NCBI RefSeq assembly: GCF_006345805.1
Contig: NC_043008.1
Span: 930,001 to 994,000 of the forward strand
Direction: 5' to 3'
DNA from: Octopus sinensis
Taxonomy: Eukaryota
Length of the DNA: 64,000 nt
Shown here: one piece after another, positions 26,224 through 40,972 of the stretch
Layout: each line of letters begins with the position of its first letter
Position numbering within the stretch: position 1 is the first letter of the stretch
Notes under the pieces: generated by a model
What the model was told of the DNA's origin: nothing
Databases searched by the model: none
What the model saw: only the letters and a program-made list of their open reading frames with translations
Translations under genes and position numbers: made by a program

Positions 26224-27688
26224 ATATATATGCGCACACACTCATACATATATATATGTGTGTGTACATATATATATATGTATGTACAGAGTGAGAGAGA
26301 GAGAGAGGGAGAGGGAGAGAGAGACGGAGAGAAAGAGATAAATTAGAAGTAGAATTGTGTGTACCCGGATAAAGAGGCCGGTATTGTGTTAAGGGTGGTT
26401 CTGGAGCATGATATAATTGAACTACTGAGTACAGCTTTAAAATGTCTTAGAAATTCTTTTTGTAATTTTGAAATATATTTCAATATCAATTTTAAACTTG
26501 AGTTTCTGATATGAATAATTTCTTTCTTTACGGATGCAGAGTGTTTAATCTTGGGCTCCTAGAATCTGTGTCAGCAATGAGTTGTCTTAATCCCTCGTTG
26601 GTTCAGCTTTACTGAATAACCGTAGCTAGAAAATTGCTGTCCAGGTTTTGTACCGGACCAGTAGTTGCTTTCTTCCCTTGTCCAAGGTTACCCATGAGAA
26701 GAAAAGCTGTGATGGAGTTCGGTATCTCTGATATCGTAGACGAAGTTAGATCGTATAGAATTGCAAGTTGCTTTGTGCAACGATCTAACATTTTCACCAA
26801 TCTCTCAACTTGGATTGCAACTGTATTTTACCCAACATGGAAGGCTGAAAGACAAAGTTATGCATTGCAATGTATTCTGTTTGATGGTCTAACCGTTGTA
26901 TCAGTCCACCGCTCTAAAGCTATTGTAGTATTTTATCGACCAAATAAAGTTGAAAGGAGGTTGACGTCAACTGGATTTGAACACGGTAGAGAATAGTATA
27001 CCACAAGGAAATTTCTCTTAATTATCTGCCATTCTACTGTGTATTTTATCCTAGACTTAACAGCAAAATATTGACTTTTCATTTATCATTCATCTACGGT
27101 AGTACTTGAATAATATTCTTAATACCGCAATTTACTCACACACAGCATATTCAGAGCTTTCTCGCTAATTCAGTTCTTAAAGAAAATTTAAAGCTGTTAA
27201 TATTTTTGAAGAGGGCTGGTCCTTAGGTACCTTTTTGGCATAGTGTTTAGGTTCAGTAGAAAAAAGTTTAAATTTGTAGCAACGTTATAGGTGAGAAAGT
27301 AACACCTCCAATCAAGTTTAGATCTAAATAACTTTCTTTTTATTTTAAAAACAAAATATATTTATCTTATCTTCAATGAAAGAAACAAGCATGAAGAATT
27401 TCAAAGTTTTGATTCCTTGCAACAAAAATTTGTATAAAAAATGTAGTGAGGTAAAATATCAAGAAAAAATATAAGTAATGCAAAAATTGGATTTAAGTAT
27501 AATTGATTATTTTATTTTAAAACAAAGTATATTCTACGTGTATCAATTCGTTGTGTAAGATTCTTGATGTGAAATCCTGTTTTGAAGCAACTATTGTTGT
27601 ATTTCGGGATGGTCATTTTATTTATTAGTTTTTTTGCCAAATAAACACACTCACTCACTCACCATCTCTCTCCTCTCTCTCTCTCTCT

Positions 27689-27689
27689 T

Positions 27690-27730
<41 letters not shown>

Positions 27731-27735
27731 TTTTC

Positions 27736-27776
<41 letters not shown>

Positions 27777-27779
27777 TTT

Positions 27780-27820
<41 letters not shown>

Positions 27821-27823
27821 TTT

Positions 27824-27864
<41 letters not shown>

Positions 27865-27867
27865 TTT

Positions 27868-27948
<81 letters not shown>

Positions 27949-27959
27949 TTATCGATCTT

Positions 27960-27996
<37 letters not shown>

Positions 27997-28018
27997 ATAT
28001 ATATATATATATCAATCA

Positions 28019-28083
<65 letters not shown>
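27689..28083. repeat. (CTAT)n tetranucleotide array with periodic T-run interruptions
   Basis: T-runs at ~27730, 27776, 27820, 27864. Confidence 0.95.
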
Positions 28084-28890
28084 ACTCTCCCTGTCGCTCC
28101 CTCTCTCTCTCAGATTTTCGTGATGAAAGTAATAACAAAAGAATTTGGGGACTGTTATAAAATTGGAAAGTGTTCAGTTGTATTCGGGTATCAAGTGTGA
28201 CAATTGTCTGAAGATGGTTATATGTTATATGATGATACAGAAGCTTATATGCTGTAGATATTAAAATATCGAGCCCTATTGCTCTATAGTCTCGAGTCCT
28301 CTTTGAATGAATCGACGTACAATGAAGGTTATTCCTTCTGTGGCGGATCAGCTCCCTTTACATAATCAGATGGATGATCCAGGACAGCATTATCTAATAT
28401 GATCTTTTTAAGCTATTGTCGGAGTATTGGGCTTCTTTCACATAAGCTTGTGTGAAAAGATATTTGACAAACACGCCCGCAATTTTCACGCGCGTACACA
28501 CACAAACTCATACAAACACACAGACATGTAAATGTATATACACATATATACTCGCACACATATGTATATATACGTATGTGTTATGTAACTGAAAAGAGGA
28601 ACGGTATGATGAATATCATTATTTTTGTTCTTGGCTGTATTAGCGAACGTTAATTTGATATGCACGAAAAAAAATACTTTTAAAGGTTAAGAAACTGACC
28701 AGCTAGCTTTTGCATTACAGGCTGTAAGCAAATAATAAAGACTTCCATGGATACACGCATACACCCCCCACATACACGCACATATACATAATATATACAT
28801 ACATACTTATATGTATACCTACATACACATACATACATACATACTACATACATACATACATCATACATACATACATATATACTATATATT

Positions 28891-28971
<81 letters not shown>

Positions 28972-31777
28972 ATGTATATATTTGCAGTTATATATTTACT
29001 ACCGTTGATATTCTAATTCTGGCAATGAAGAAGCTTTACTTGTGAAAAAACCAGCTAAAGGGCGAATTCGAATAAGGAACTTAAGGAAAAAAAAACGTCA
29101 TAAGTATTTACATATATACATACATATATACATGCATACATGATTGCATGCATACATGTACATAAATATATTCATTGATTGAAACTACCGTACACATACG
29201 TGTTTTTTCCATTATTTACAAAGGAAAACATTGCCAAAAGGAACAGTTCTTTTGTAACAACAAATAACATTTGAAAAGAGAAGAAAATCCGTTGAAATCA
29301 ATGATAATCTTCAATGCGAAAATCCGTTCGCTAAATTTGCAAATTTGCCGAAATATATATTCTTTTGGGAATACACATGGCCTTGGAGGTCAAGTGTACT
29401 CACATTTATAGCAAATGCCAGGATTTACTGGAGAAGTTTCTATCCTTGGCTAAAAGAAAATACAGGAGGATCAGGTAATTATGATTTCATTCAGCTTATT
29501 CCCCCCTCAAATTGCAACTGTCCTTCAGTTTTTCTAAGCCCCGTAAAAGAACGCAGAATGTTGAGGCCCCAAACAGGCATTTCGCTATTCCCTTAAAGCT
29601 AGAAACTGTTCCGCACCTCTACATTTTGATGATATTGCTGGTGAGATTTCGATGATATTTATGGTGGCATTGAACATATAAGACTGATTAATGTGTGGTG
29701 AAATAATCAAATATGTGGGAAGTGAATAGTGAAGGAGAATAAGTAGTTGGATATGATGTTTTTAGAAAATAAGTGGCTGGTATTCAAACGGACGGTGGAA
29801 AAGGGAACATTGATGAGATATAAATTTTAGAAGCAAACGTAAACCCTAGTCAATGAAAGAATTTATACGTGGCAAGTTGTTGTAGACATAGTAACGAAAC
29901 CCCTCTAAAAACAGTTACATTCGAAATAGTGTCCTAGATTTGATAAAGCGATGGTAATGGATACGGTACTTTTCATAGATATCAGACCAGGTATTAAACC
30001 ACAGTCTCCATCTGTCAGCTAATGGTAATTCTGATGCCTGTACTTTTTTCCACGCTAGTTTTTTGAAATCTGTTACTCAATGGTAAGACGAGCTAATATT
30101 GTTCTGTCAAATAATTCGACCCGAGCGGGCAGCATCCTCTTCCGTTTTTGTTGACTACCACTTACTTTTACGCCGAGCATGTCTTGCAAAATTAAATTTA
30201 AATGTGAGGCACTGCTCTTCTCATTAATTATGTGATTATAGATGTGAATAATTTCATCTGTTCTTAATGAATATGCAGAACTGAGAGAATTCGTCGGAAA
30301 TTATCAGCTAGTCACTTGCTTCGATGATTCTAGAGGCCACTATTGTCTTCCGCTTTAATTTTCACGACTATCGGTATGGTTCGTATTTTATCGACCTCGG
30401 AAATATGAAAATAAAGTTGATATTGGTAATATTTGAATTCAGAATGTGAATGGTCATAACTGAATATGTCAGATCTAACCATTATGCCAATACATTCCAT
30501 TGCAAAGCAGCACTACTTTATATCCACCGTATTAAATCCTCCGCATTTCATGTTAATTTTCGTAACAAATCTAAAATTCCTTCTGTCGCTTAGCAGATAA
30601 TCTATCATTCGTTGTGCATTCGTTGTCTGCAGTTATTATATAGCACGTGACAAAGATCAAGTATAATCTGAAATCTTATGGGAAAGCATTTTGCTGAAGA
30701 TTGCTTATAGTGACAGCAAATTTCAATTTATGAAATGTAGATGTCCTATTATGCATGCATTTTGGCTCGCCGCTGCTAAAATTCTAGACCTGTGATAAAT
30801 TTCATATTGAGAACTGAATGAATGGCTTGAATTGTTCGGAAAATTATTTCCCAAATGTTCCATGATATTGATATCATCAGTTACAGTCAGAAATGATGGA
30901 ATATTTCTATCCAACTCTAATCATATTAGAAGCTGAGGTCAAACCATGGCTTTCTATTGTGATTTTGTACATTTTTATATTGTTGGCGAATGGCTCATAT
31001 TTAGGTTGTAGCGCATTCGTTTTTAACTTTTGAACTGTATTTCTCCAAGTCATGAAAGAAACGAAACGCTGCTTCATTTACCATTTCTTACTACTTGCTC
31101 TTAAGTATTAAAGGCGGAATTACGCAGCGTAATAGCACCTAGTAACTTACATTATTAAGAATATTTCCCATCTCAAAATTGCTGAAATAAAACCAAGTCT
31201 TAATGGCATCTATATTTGACTTTCTTGCTTTCAAAATGTTAATAATTGAGCAAATGCCGCAGGGATTTTACGAATATCGTTGTTGTTGCTGCTGTTATTG
31301 TTGTTGTTGCTGTTTAGAACTTGTTTAGCACTAGTCAAGATGACCTATGATCAAAACCATTCTAAAAGTGGCCAACACGCATATTATTCGAACCTATTGA
31401 ATCTAAGTCTAGAAGAGACTACTGATCTGATTTGGGTGAAAGTATATTATCGAAAATGTCCAACCTTTACTTGAACAGTGTCTGACGAAATATGAAGAAT
31501 ATTTTCACCGCTATTGTCATCAGTTCATATCCCACCACGTACAAACTCGTTCATTTGACTGTGAGCATAGTTTGGCATTCTTCTGCGTTTTCAAATATAC
31601 TCTACATGCCGACCTGAAAATAAAAATTATTCATATGATAACATGATATTTGTACTGGATTATGACCTTCAAACAAAGCATTCCGCTGGCCTGGGTAATC
31701 GGTAGAAATACTTCTCCATAAATGAACTCTACTCGTATACTTACATATCAAGACGTCACAAAACACACACACATATA

Positions 31778-31828
<51 letters not shown>

Positions 31829-32015
31829 TTACATGCATACAAAATACTCTTTTGATGTTGGAATTCTAATGAAGGCGCCTTGGATCTTGGTTAGAAACCG
31901 GTTCTTTCTCTATTGGCAAAGAATCTTGAAATGGAACTGAACAATGACACGCACACTCGCGCACGTACACACTACACAACACACAAACACACACCACACA
32001 CATATATATATATGC

Positions 32016-32062
<47 letters not shown>

Positions 32063-33022
32063 GTATCTATCTATCTATCTATCTATCTATATATGTATGT
32101 ATGTGTGTGTGTGTGTGTTGTGTGTGTGGTGTGTGTGTGCGTACGTGTGTTTGTACATTTACCTATGCCGAGGAGATAATCGATTTTGATTTCATTAACT
32201 GACAAAGAAGTTTTCTAAAAATGTTTTATTTGTTTCGGTAACATTCTGCAAATAACCACAACAGGTCAACTTAGAACAAATACTGAGGCACAACACAGAG
32301 GAAAACTTACAATCGAAACTCCAGTCTTACATTATGTTAATCTTTCTCGTGTTTTCTCACGCTACGATACAGATATCGAAGGCACAGCAAATCGCCGTCT
32401 GCATTTTCATTTCGATAATCAATGCTCGTTTCTTAAAGCTTTGATTGGTTTTACTGCTCCAATTTATAAAACATGGTTTATTGCTGTTTATCAACTACAA
32501 ACTTCGAAGTTTGATTTCCTCTCATTGCTAGTGAATCTGTGAATAGATTATGGCACTAGATAGACGTTGGGGTTAAGCCAAGGTTGTTCACTTTTAAACA
32601 TTGCAAATTACTTTCACGTTTGTATATTTTTCTAGATATCTCTGCCAATGTCTATCGCTAAGATAATTGCTTATAGATCTTCAGTTTGCTCAGCTATATT
32701 TTTCTTGACAATATACTCGCTGAATAAACAGACATTCGATATTAAATATAATAGCCTCGCTTTTGAAATTCAAAATACCAACGCTTCAGATGGTATAGAT
32801 GTGTCAGAAAGTATCGTCTATTTTATAATGAGTTGCATTTCTATGCAAAACGTGAGCTATTAGAACGTTGACCAATGGAATATCAGGATGCGTTTGAGGG
32901 GAGGGGGGTAGCAGATAAATTTAAATGATAAAGTGGTGAGACAACTAGGTAACTTTTCCATTCTCATAGATACTATTCTATACATATACATGTATGTGTG
33001 CGCGTGTATATATATATATATT

Positions 33023-33076
<54 letters not shown>

Positions 33077-33164
33077 GATACATATATATACATGTATATA
33101 TATATATATACATATACATACATATTCATATGTGTATGTCTGTGTATGGACATATACATGCAAG

Positions 33165-33223
<59 letters not shown>

Positions 33224-33236
33224 ATATATATAATAT

Positions 33237-33292
<56 letters not shown>

Positions 33293-33300
33293 TATATAAC

Positions 33301-33600
33301 GGGAAGCTTTATGAAAATAAACAAAAGACGAAGGCAGGTGGAAAACAAACGAACAATTGTATTAGTATGGCGCTCAGGAAATATAAATAAAACAAGTCTT
33401 TAACGTTTCGAGCATACGCTCTTCAACAGAAAGATACACAGAGAGAGAAAAACACAGAAAGAAGGAGAGAAAAAAAATGCGTGCAGTAGCTAACGAATCA
33501 ACATGGCGATCTGATTTCGGCCAGAGGTCAAAGATCAAACATGAGACGCGAGAGCGAAATAAGGGGAGATAATAGGGTTGATAAAAGGGTTGAGGGACCA
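33301..33600 (-). mobile_element. Short hammerhead-bearing retroelement (family C), longer copy
   Basis: Reverse complement aligns with 14368-14569 and extends further 5'; flanked by (TA)n on both sides. Confidence 0.75.
33397..33434 (-). ncRNA. Minimal hammerhead motif with variant core CUGUUGA
   Basis: Minus strand TCTTT-CTGTTGA-A-GAGC-GTAT-GCTC-GAAA-CG-TT-AAAGA. Confidence 0.6.
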
Positions 33601-33908
33601 GCTAAAAGTGTATATATATATATATATACACATATATATATTATATATATATACGTGAGGTATTGTTATCTAAAAGACCCAAAGAGTGTCAGATAACGCT
33701 AAGTAAGTGCTATGGACAGACCGTAGTTAAACTCTTCGTTCGATAATGATACGAGTGAGGGCTCTAATACGGGTCTTGTATTAGCATGCATATATATATA
33801 TATATATATATTAATATATATTATATATAATATATATAGATATGTAAACAGAATGAGATAACAAAGCCAAGGCTGTGAGTAGTTTTCAGGAAATTTATAA
33901 TGAAATAG

Positions 33909-33973
33909 TCTTACAGCTATATTAAATCTCAGAGCGGTTTTGGGGGATATTATGGATATCCTTTCATCAGAGA
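33909..33973 (-). ncRNA. Degenerate hammerhead-like motif
   Basis: Minus strand TCT-CTGATGA-AA-GGATAT-CCATA-ATATCC-CC-CAAAAC...AGCTGTA-AGA; GAAA lost and ~20 nt extra sequence in stem III. Confidence 0.3.
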
Positions 33974-34079
33974 TGGCGTGAGAAAGTATTGGTGTTCGAT
34001 TTATTATTGAAAAGGAGGAGATAGGGAATATAGTGGAAATAAAAGAATGAAAGTAGAATTAAGATATATAATGATATAT

Positions 34080-34375
34080 ATGTTGTTTCCAGCCAAACCA
34101 TCATCCGTCTGTAGTACATTAGATTTAGTCTTTTCTTCATGTAGTCTCCGTAGAGTCAAAATCTCCCCCGGATGTGTAAGTTGTGTGGGGTGGTAATTAG
34201 TTTCCATGGCTTATTGTTGTGGAGAATTGTGTTCGAGAAATTTTGATTGATTAAAATTGTGATTATGTAATAGGTTTGAATGTCTTCATGCATATAAAAA
34301 TTCGTAAACAAGACTGCGGGTATTTCTCTTTTCTTAGGTAAGCACAAGGCGTGACAGAATTTTTGTTGCTGTTGG
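34080..34375 (-). mobile_element. Decayed repeat, possibly Penelope-like GIY-YIG C-terminus
   Basis: Frame-hopping relic SPQQ*AMET/KLITT/TYTSGG; homologous to 34900-35190 on the opposite strand. Confidence 0.3.
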
Positions 34376-34662
34376 TATTCTTTGTAAGCCTAGTACTTAT
34401 TCTATCGCTCTCTTTGCCGAACCGCTAAGTTACGGGAACGTAAACACATCACCATCGGTTGTCAAGCGATGTTAAGGTGACAAACATAGACACACAAACA
34501 CACACCCACCCATATATATATATATATATACATATATACGACGCGGTTCTTTCAGTTTGCGTCTACCAAATCCACTCAGAAGGCTTTGGTCGGCTCGAGG
34601 CTATAGTAGAAGACACTTGCCTAAGGTGCCACGCAGTGGGACTGAACCACACAGCCACTCCT
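34376..34662 (-). mobile_element. SINE family B with internal deletion in the tRNA-like head
   Basis: Nearly colinear with 38840-39110; gggactgaacc joined directly to acacagccactcct. Confidence 0.88.
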
Positions 34663-34899
34663 ACGCATTTACTAACACGGCTATACTAGCAAATCCACGA
34701 CATGCCTGTGTGATAACATCACCGTGCAAACAAGACATCCTGGAAATAACAACAAAAAGTAACGAAATGACCAGCTTACACGTACCACTTATCTACATAC
34801 TTTTAAAGAAAAAAGTTGACAACACACATTTACTAAGGGCTTAAATACTGGACTTCGTAAGTGTGGCACTTACATTGTCCAAGCAAAAAGATTAAATGC

Positions 34900-35190
34900 A
34901 ATAATACCGAAAGCAACAAAAATCCTGTCACACCTTGTGTCCACCTGAGAAAAATAAATACCTCCAATATTGTTTATAATGTTCTACATCGATGAATAAG
35001 TTCTGAATAATATGATCCCAAATTTAACCAATTAAACTTCTCCAAAACAAACAACCATAAAAATCCATTGTTACTGCTCCACTCAAACTCACGCAACCAT
35101 GGAAGATTTTCAACTCAACAGACACTCTATAAAGGCAAGACTATTTCTCATGCATCGAAGTTAGAAGATGATTTAGCCGGGCGAAATTTC
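34900..35190 (+). mobile_element. Second diverged copy of the 34080-34375 repeat, inverted
   Basis: aataccgaaagcaacaaaaatcctgtcacaccttgtg vs aataccaacagcaacaaaaattctgtcacgccttgtg; similarity continues to caagactatttctcatg / aaagactaaatctaatg. Confidence 0.55.
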
Positions 35191-35228
35191 GAATTCAATA
35201 TCACAAAATTCTTGTTTAAGAATAGTAA

Positions 35229-35565
35229 ATACATAATACATACATACATAATGCATGCATACATACATACATACATACATACATAATGCATACATAGATG
35301 CATACATACATACATACATACATACATACAAACACGCATACATAATGCATACATACATACATACGTACATACATGCATACATACATACATACACGCATAC
35401 ATAATACATACATACATACATAATGCATACATACATACGTACATACATACATACATACATACATACATACATGCATACATAATACATACATACATAATGC
35501 ATAGATACATAGATAGGTACATACATACATACATACATACATACATACATACATACATACGTACT
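35229..35565. repeat. (ACAT)n array with recurring AATGC variants
   Basis: Direct reading. Confidence 0.95.
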
Positions 35566-37888
35566 TATACACGTAAATATCGAACAATGAGAATGAGTGC
35601 TCAACACCGCATTGGTGGATAAAGATTCTGTATTTGTGTATTAAAGGTACCATTGGTTTCATTTTAAGAAAATATTTCAAGAATTCTCCAACCGGTCACA
35701 GAATAATTGGTATTTGTCCCCATATTGGATTCAAAAAGGAAAAAAAAAAACAAGAGAAGTCACATTAAAGTATCGCGAGAAATTTTTTGTAAACAAAGAC
35801 AAGAAAACGAAGTGGGGCAACTATGTGCTCAGGATGTTTGAACTTACTATACGAAGTCTTTATCCAGGACAAAGTCCGCAAAGTGAAAGGTGACTATAAG
35901 ATAGTGATGCAGATAAACACGTTTACTCTTACTATACAACATACATGCACACATATATATATAGAAGCTGGACACTCGTGTATAAGTATATACATATTTA
36001 TATTTCTCTGTCTCTCTCTCTTTTTCTGCTTATCTATCTATATATATGTGTGTGTGGAAGTGAGGGCTTCCACACATTTTCTGTGTACCAAATTCACTTA
36101 GAAGGCATTGTCCGGCCTGGAGGCTATCAAAGAAGGTAGTTTCCCTAGATGTAATACAGCGGACCGAATCCGTATTTGTGCTTTCGTAAATCGACCTTTT
36201 TCGATGTTCAGTTGAAAAAGAGTTCATTTGCAGAACTTAAATGAATATTTATGACACTCATTAGAAGTGGAATAAATGTGAGATATACATCGTACCTCAG
36301 TTGACAAATACATCCTTAAATAGATGAATAATTCAATGTGTAAATTGTAAGCAAAAAGAAATAATACAAATGCCAAGAAGCAACATATTCGACTGCCTGG
36401 ACTTGTAATTTTTATATTAAAAAAATATTCGAAAATGGCTTTTATCACAGAATTTGCTGAATTTGGTAGAAAGGGCTAGAGGTGTTAACAATCTACTTTC
36501 TCCATTGTAATGTACTGTGGAGATAGACAGCGCTAAACTCTTTCGTATCATATTGACTGCAACAAGTGATATAATGATATTAGTGTGTGATAACAATTTA
36601 CCAGTGAAACAATGTTGAAATTTCTTAACAGCTACCATATATAATATGATATATTAAAAATTCTTTTCTTCTATTTTGAAAATATTTTTCTTGTGTTATC
36701 TAAGTAAAGAAACAAAAAACTATTCCGACAAAAGGAAAAAATCAACGACATTTTTAAATGTTTAATAAATACGTCAAACAGAATGCATAAAAACAGCAGA
36801 GTCACACAAACAAGACAGCTAAATTATTAACACTATTTTCAGTCTGACTTGGTACTCGTATACTATAACTCAAGTTTTCATTTGTCTGCAAAATCGTCAT
36901 AAGATATTTTACAAGACGTTAAAAAAAAGCGTAACCATTTGGTCATACAATCTAATTAAAAATGATGCTTTTTATTGTTATTAGTCAGTTTGAAACGTAT
37001 CTTCATGCAGAAAAATTCTTCGGTCAGGAATAAAATCGGAGAGAGATAATAAAATTAAAAAGGACTTACATGGTAATTTGGTGTTGTATACATCACATCA
37101 AAAAAAAATATATATATTTAAACCCCTTTTATTAAACCCCTTTTATTAAAATGTGTAACAACATTTTTTCCCTTAGTTAGTAACGGTTATTTTCTATTTG
37201 CTGACCCCTAGAAAGTATGATAGATGTCTAATATTTGCTTCAAATGTTGCTTTTTCATTCAGATCCCAAAGAATCTCTCTCAATATATTACTATGATGCT
37301 CCCCGACAACTCCTGCTCATGATCAGAGATGCAAATATTGTCAGTCACCAAGGGATATGCTCAAGTTGTTAAGGGCAAGCAACTGACAAGCAAATCTGTG
37401 GTATTGAACAGAATATTTACTATAACGATATTTCAGCCTCAGCTACTCGGCGCTGCATATGTCTGAAATGAATGGAAAATAGGCCAGTTTCAAAACGTTG
37501 ATGTCTAAGTCACAAAAGCAAAGTTTAAAGGGAATTGTAGTCAATTGATTTGATTTCTAGATAAAAGAAAATAGAAAAAACATTTACTGACCAAAAGCGA
37601 AATAAAAATTGCTTCACAAATTTGCTGGTCTGAGCCTAAAACAATCTACCAGACAAAGGAAAGATCCCAAAGAAGCGTCTGAAAGTGGTAGAAATAATAT
37701 CTAGGTTTCCATCAAATCACATCCGGCCATCTCGAGATAGAGTTTGTTCTAGATACACTCTGTATGACAAAGAGGGTAATCATTGTTTGAACGACCTAGA
37801 AAAACTGAACTCGATTAAGCTTAACATGGCGTGAAAAATATCACCAATGAAAACGAATATAGCTTGGTTGAAAGCGAGAATACATAAG

Positions 37889-37931
<43 letters not shown>

Positions 37932-38359
37932 ACACATGTATGTATGCATCTATGCATCTATGCATCTATACAGTATGTATCGCTATTATGTATCGATATA
38001 TGTACGTATGTATATACAGGTACAGGCAAACATACATACATACATACATACACACACATACACACACACACACGTATATATCTCGCTTTAAAGAGATTTC
38101 AGGCCAGTTACATCCAAAGTGACACGGTATTTTTCGTTATATGACTTGCCGGTGTTGGTAAATATGTAGTTGAGTTATTGTTTGTTAACCTGTTGATGCA
38201 CACACTTAGGAGTGTGCATCTATTCCTCTAAGGAATCTTAGATGGAGAATTTTGGGAATGTGCCCCTAATAGACAAGATTTGGAGAATGCATGCCGCATT
38301 TCTTTGCTCCTTCTTTAAAAGACTTAGTATTTCTAGGTCCCTTCAATTTTCGTCTGCCA

Positions 38360-38465
38360 GATTCACTCAAACGTATTCTGTGTGTCCGAGGCTATACTAG
38401 TAGAAGTCACTTGCTCAAGGTTTCCCGCTGTGGGACTGAACCCTGGTCCATGTGACTGGAAAGCA
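38360..38465 (-). mobile_element. SINE family B, partial
   Basis: gaggctatactagtagaagtcacttgctcaagg...gtgggactgaaccctggtccatgtgactggaaagcaagc. Confidence 0.75.
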
Positions 38466-38578
38466 AGCATGTGTGTATGTATATATGTATGCATGTATGT
38501 ACGTACGTATGTGCGTTCATATACAGAAATACATACATATATATATATATATATACGTTTATACATATATAATTATAG

Positions 38579-38616
<38 letters not shown>

Positions 38617-38651
38617 AAATATGTATATCTATAATTATATATGTATAAACG

Positions 38652-38697
<46 letters not shown>

Positions 38698-38754
38698 GTT
38701 TGTGTGTGCGTGTGTCTGTGTCTGTATGTATATATCTATTAGTGAGAGCCTCTT

Positions 38755-39127
38755 TTTTTTCTCTTTTATTTGTTTCAGTCATTTGACTGCGGCCATGCTT
38801 GAGCACTGCCTTTAATCGAGCAACTCGACCCCGGGACTTATTCTTTGTAAGCCTAGTACTTATTCTATCGGTCTCTTTTGCCGAACCGCTAGGTAACGGG
38901 GACATAAACACACCAGCATCGGTTGTCAAGCAATGCTAGGGGGACAAACACACACAAACATACATGCACATATATATACATACATATATACGACGGGCTT
39001 CTTTCAGTTTCCGTCTACCAAATCCACTCAGAAGGCTTTGGTCGGCCCGAGGCTATAGTAGAAGACACTTGCCCAAGGTGCCACGCAGTGGGACTGAACC
39101 CGGAACCATGTGGTTGGTAAGCAAGCT
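38755..39127 (-). mobile_element. SINE family B, nearly complete
   Basis: tRNA-like head (box B-like GGTTCAGTCCC), central ccttgggcaagtgtctt motif, internal TA/TG repeat, tail ending gaaacaaataaaagag. Confidence 0.9.
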
Positions 39128-39637
39128 CTGTAATAAAATATAGCTCCGTTCTACAAACCACACATTTTTCACATCCCTCAAAGTTTAACTGGGTCAGTGA
39201 GGATGGAATCAAATAAAATAATTAGATAAATCCTCTATGTGCAACAATTACACCTCGACTCTACGCTTGTACTCTTATCTCTCAATTATGATGATACTGC
39301 CCACGAGATATATACCACTTCAGCTTTCTAAGTGTATCAAATGTCAACAGTGAAGAGGTCTAATTACTTTTCTTAACTTCTCCCTCTTCGCAGTTTCACT
39401 ATTTGCAGCCTGCGATCCTGATTCATTCTTTTGTGTTGTTTTGCACCACTCGTCAGATTTCAATAATTCGCACAAATAACTTCCTACTACGAGTACTTAC
39501 ACACACACACGCGTGCACACACAAACAAACATACGCACACATGTACACAGGTACGTGCGCACACACAACAGACACATACACACACACATGTATGTAGGTA
39601 TGTATGTATATAGTCATAGGTGAACTTATATATATAC

Positions 39638-39669
<32 letters not shown>

Positions 39670-39873
39670 ATATATTTACACACACACATATATATATATA
39701 TATGGATGTATATATACATATATATACACATAGTTGTCAATACAAATATACACACGCACACACACATATACATAAAATGTGTAGATGTGTAAGTTTCTAT
39801 CTATGTATGTATTTGTCTACCTATTCTGTTTATATAAATGTATGTATATGCATATGGAGAGATGTGGATGTGC

Positions 39874-39914
<41 letters not shown>

Positions 39915-40725
39915 CGTATGCATGTATACGTATTTATACATATTTATATGTATATATATGTGTGTGTGTATGTATCATGCACGCTATGTGTCATGTTTTT
40001 TTCCTTCTCATTTCCTCTTATTTCCCCCCTTCCAACGTCTCCTCCATATAGAGAAACCGAGTTTTATATTTAATGTAATTGTAACCTGAAGGTAAAATTT
40101 ACATAGTGAACATTACTGGAATTCGAACTTCAATTTATTCCACAAGCTATAAATAAATTGATACAAAGCATAATTGCTTTAGCAAAGAAATACACCATTT
40201 ACTACTGCAATGACTGAAATTCCCTTTAATATACAGCACAATCTATGTACATACGAAAAGCAACAACAAATAGAACCAAGAAAGGAAAAAAAAACACACT
40301 GAAACCTTATGCGCTTTACTTAGATATATGTTTTATGTACGGAATGCACTTGAGTTGAAGGGGAAAAATCTCTATCTCCCGGTATTTCGCATAAATCAGT
40401 TAGACTAAGTCTTGCTAATAAAAAAAAGTCAAACTGTTCAATTATTAATAAGCGTTTTAGATTGATTATTTTTTCTATGGATGTTAATATTTTATCGATA
40501 ATGCATCTATAAGTTTTTGCAGTTGTTGCTGACGTTGCTGCTGTCGCTGTTGTTGCTGCAGTTGTTGTTGTTGTGGAGCCCTGGGAAAATTTTAAAAAGA
40601 GTTAAGCAAATGATGAAGTCATACAATTCGTGATCAGCCCGTCGTTTGCCTATGCGTACGCATACACATACCCTTACACACACATACACCCACATATACC
40701 CACATATACATTCATGCATTCCTAC

Positions 40726-40786
<61 letters not shown>

Positions 40787-40862
40787 ATATATGTATGTAT
40801 GTATATGTATAAGCATACATATGAGTACATACATATATATATACATATAATATATATATATG

Positions 40863-40898
<36 letters not shown>

Positions 40899-40972
40899 CA
40901 TGTAGAAAAATACAAACTGGCACAAGAACGTAAAACATTTAGAAGACGATACAAAAGTGTTATGAGAAACTT

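Noticed and set aside
26609-26830. Minus-strand LRR-like peptide LAILYDLTSSTISEIPNSITAF as a possible host exon
   Set aside because: Single imperfect repeat, weak splice acceptor, no neighbouring exons.
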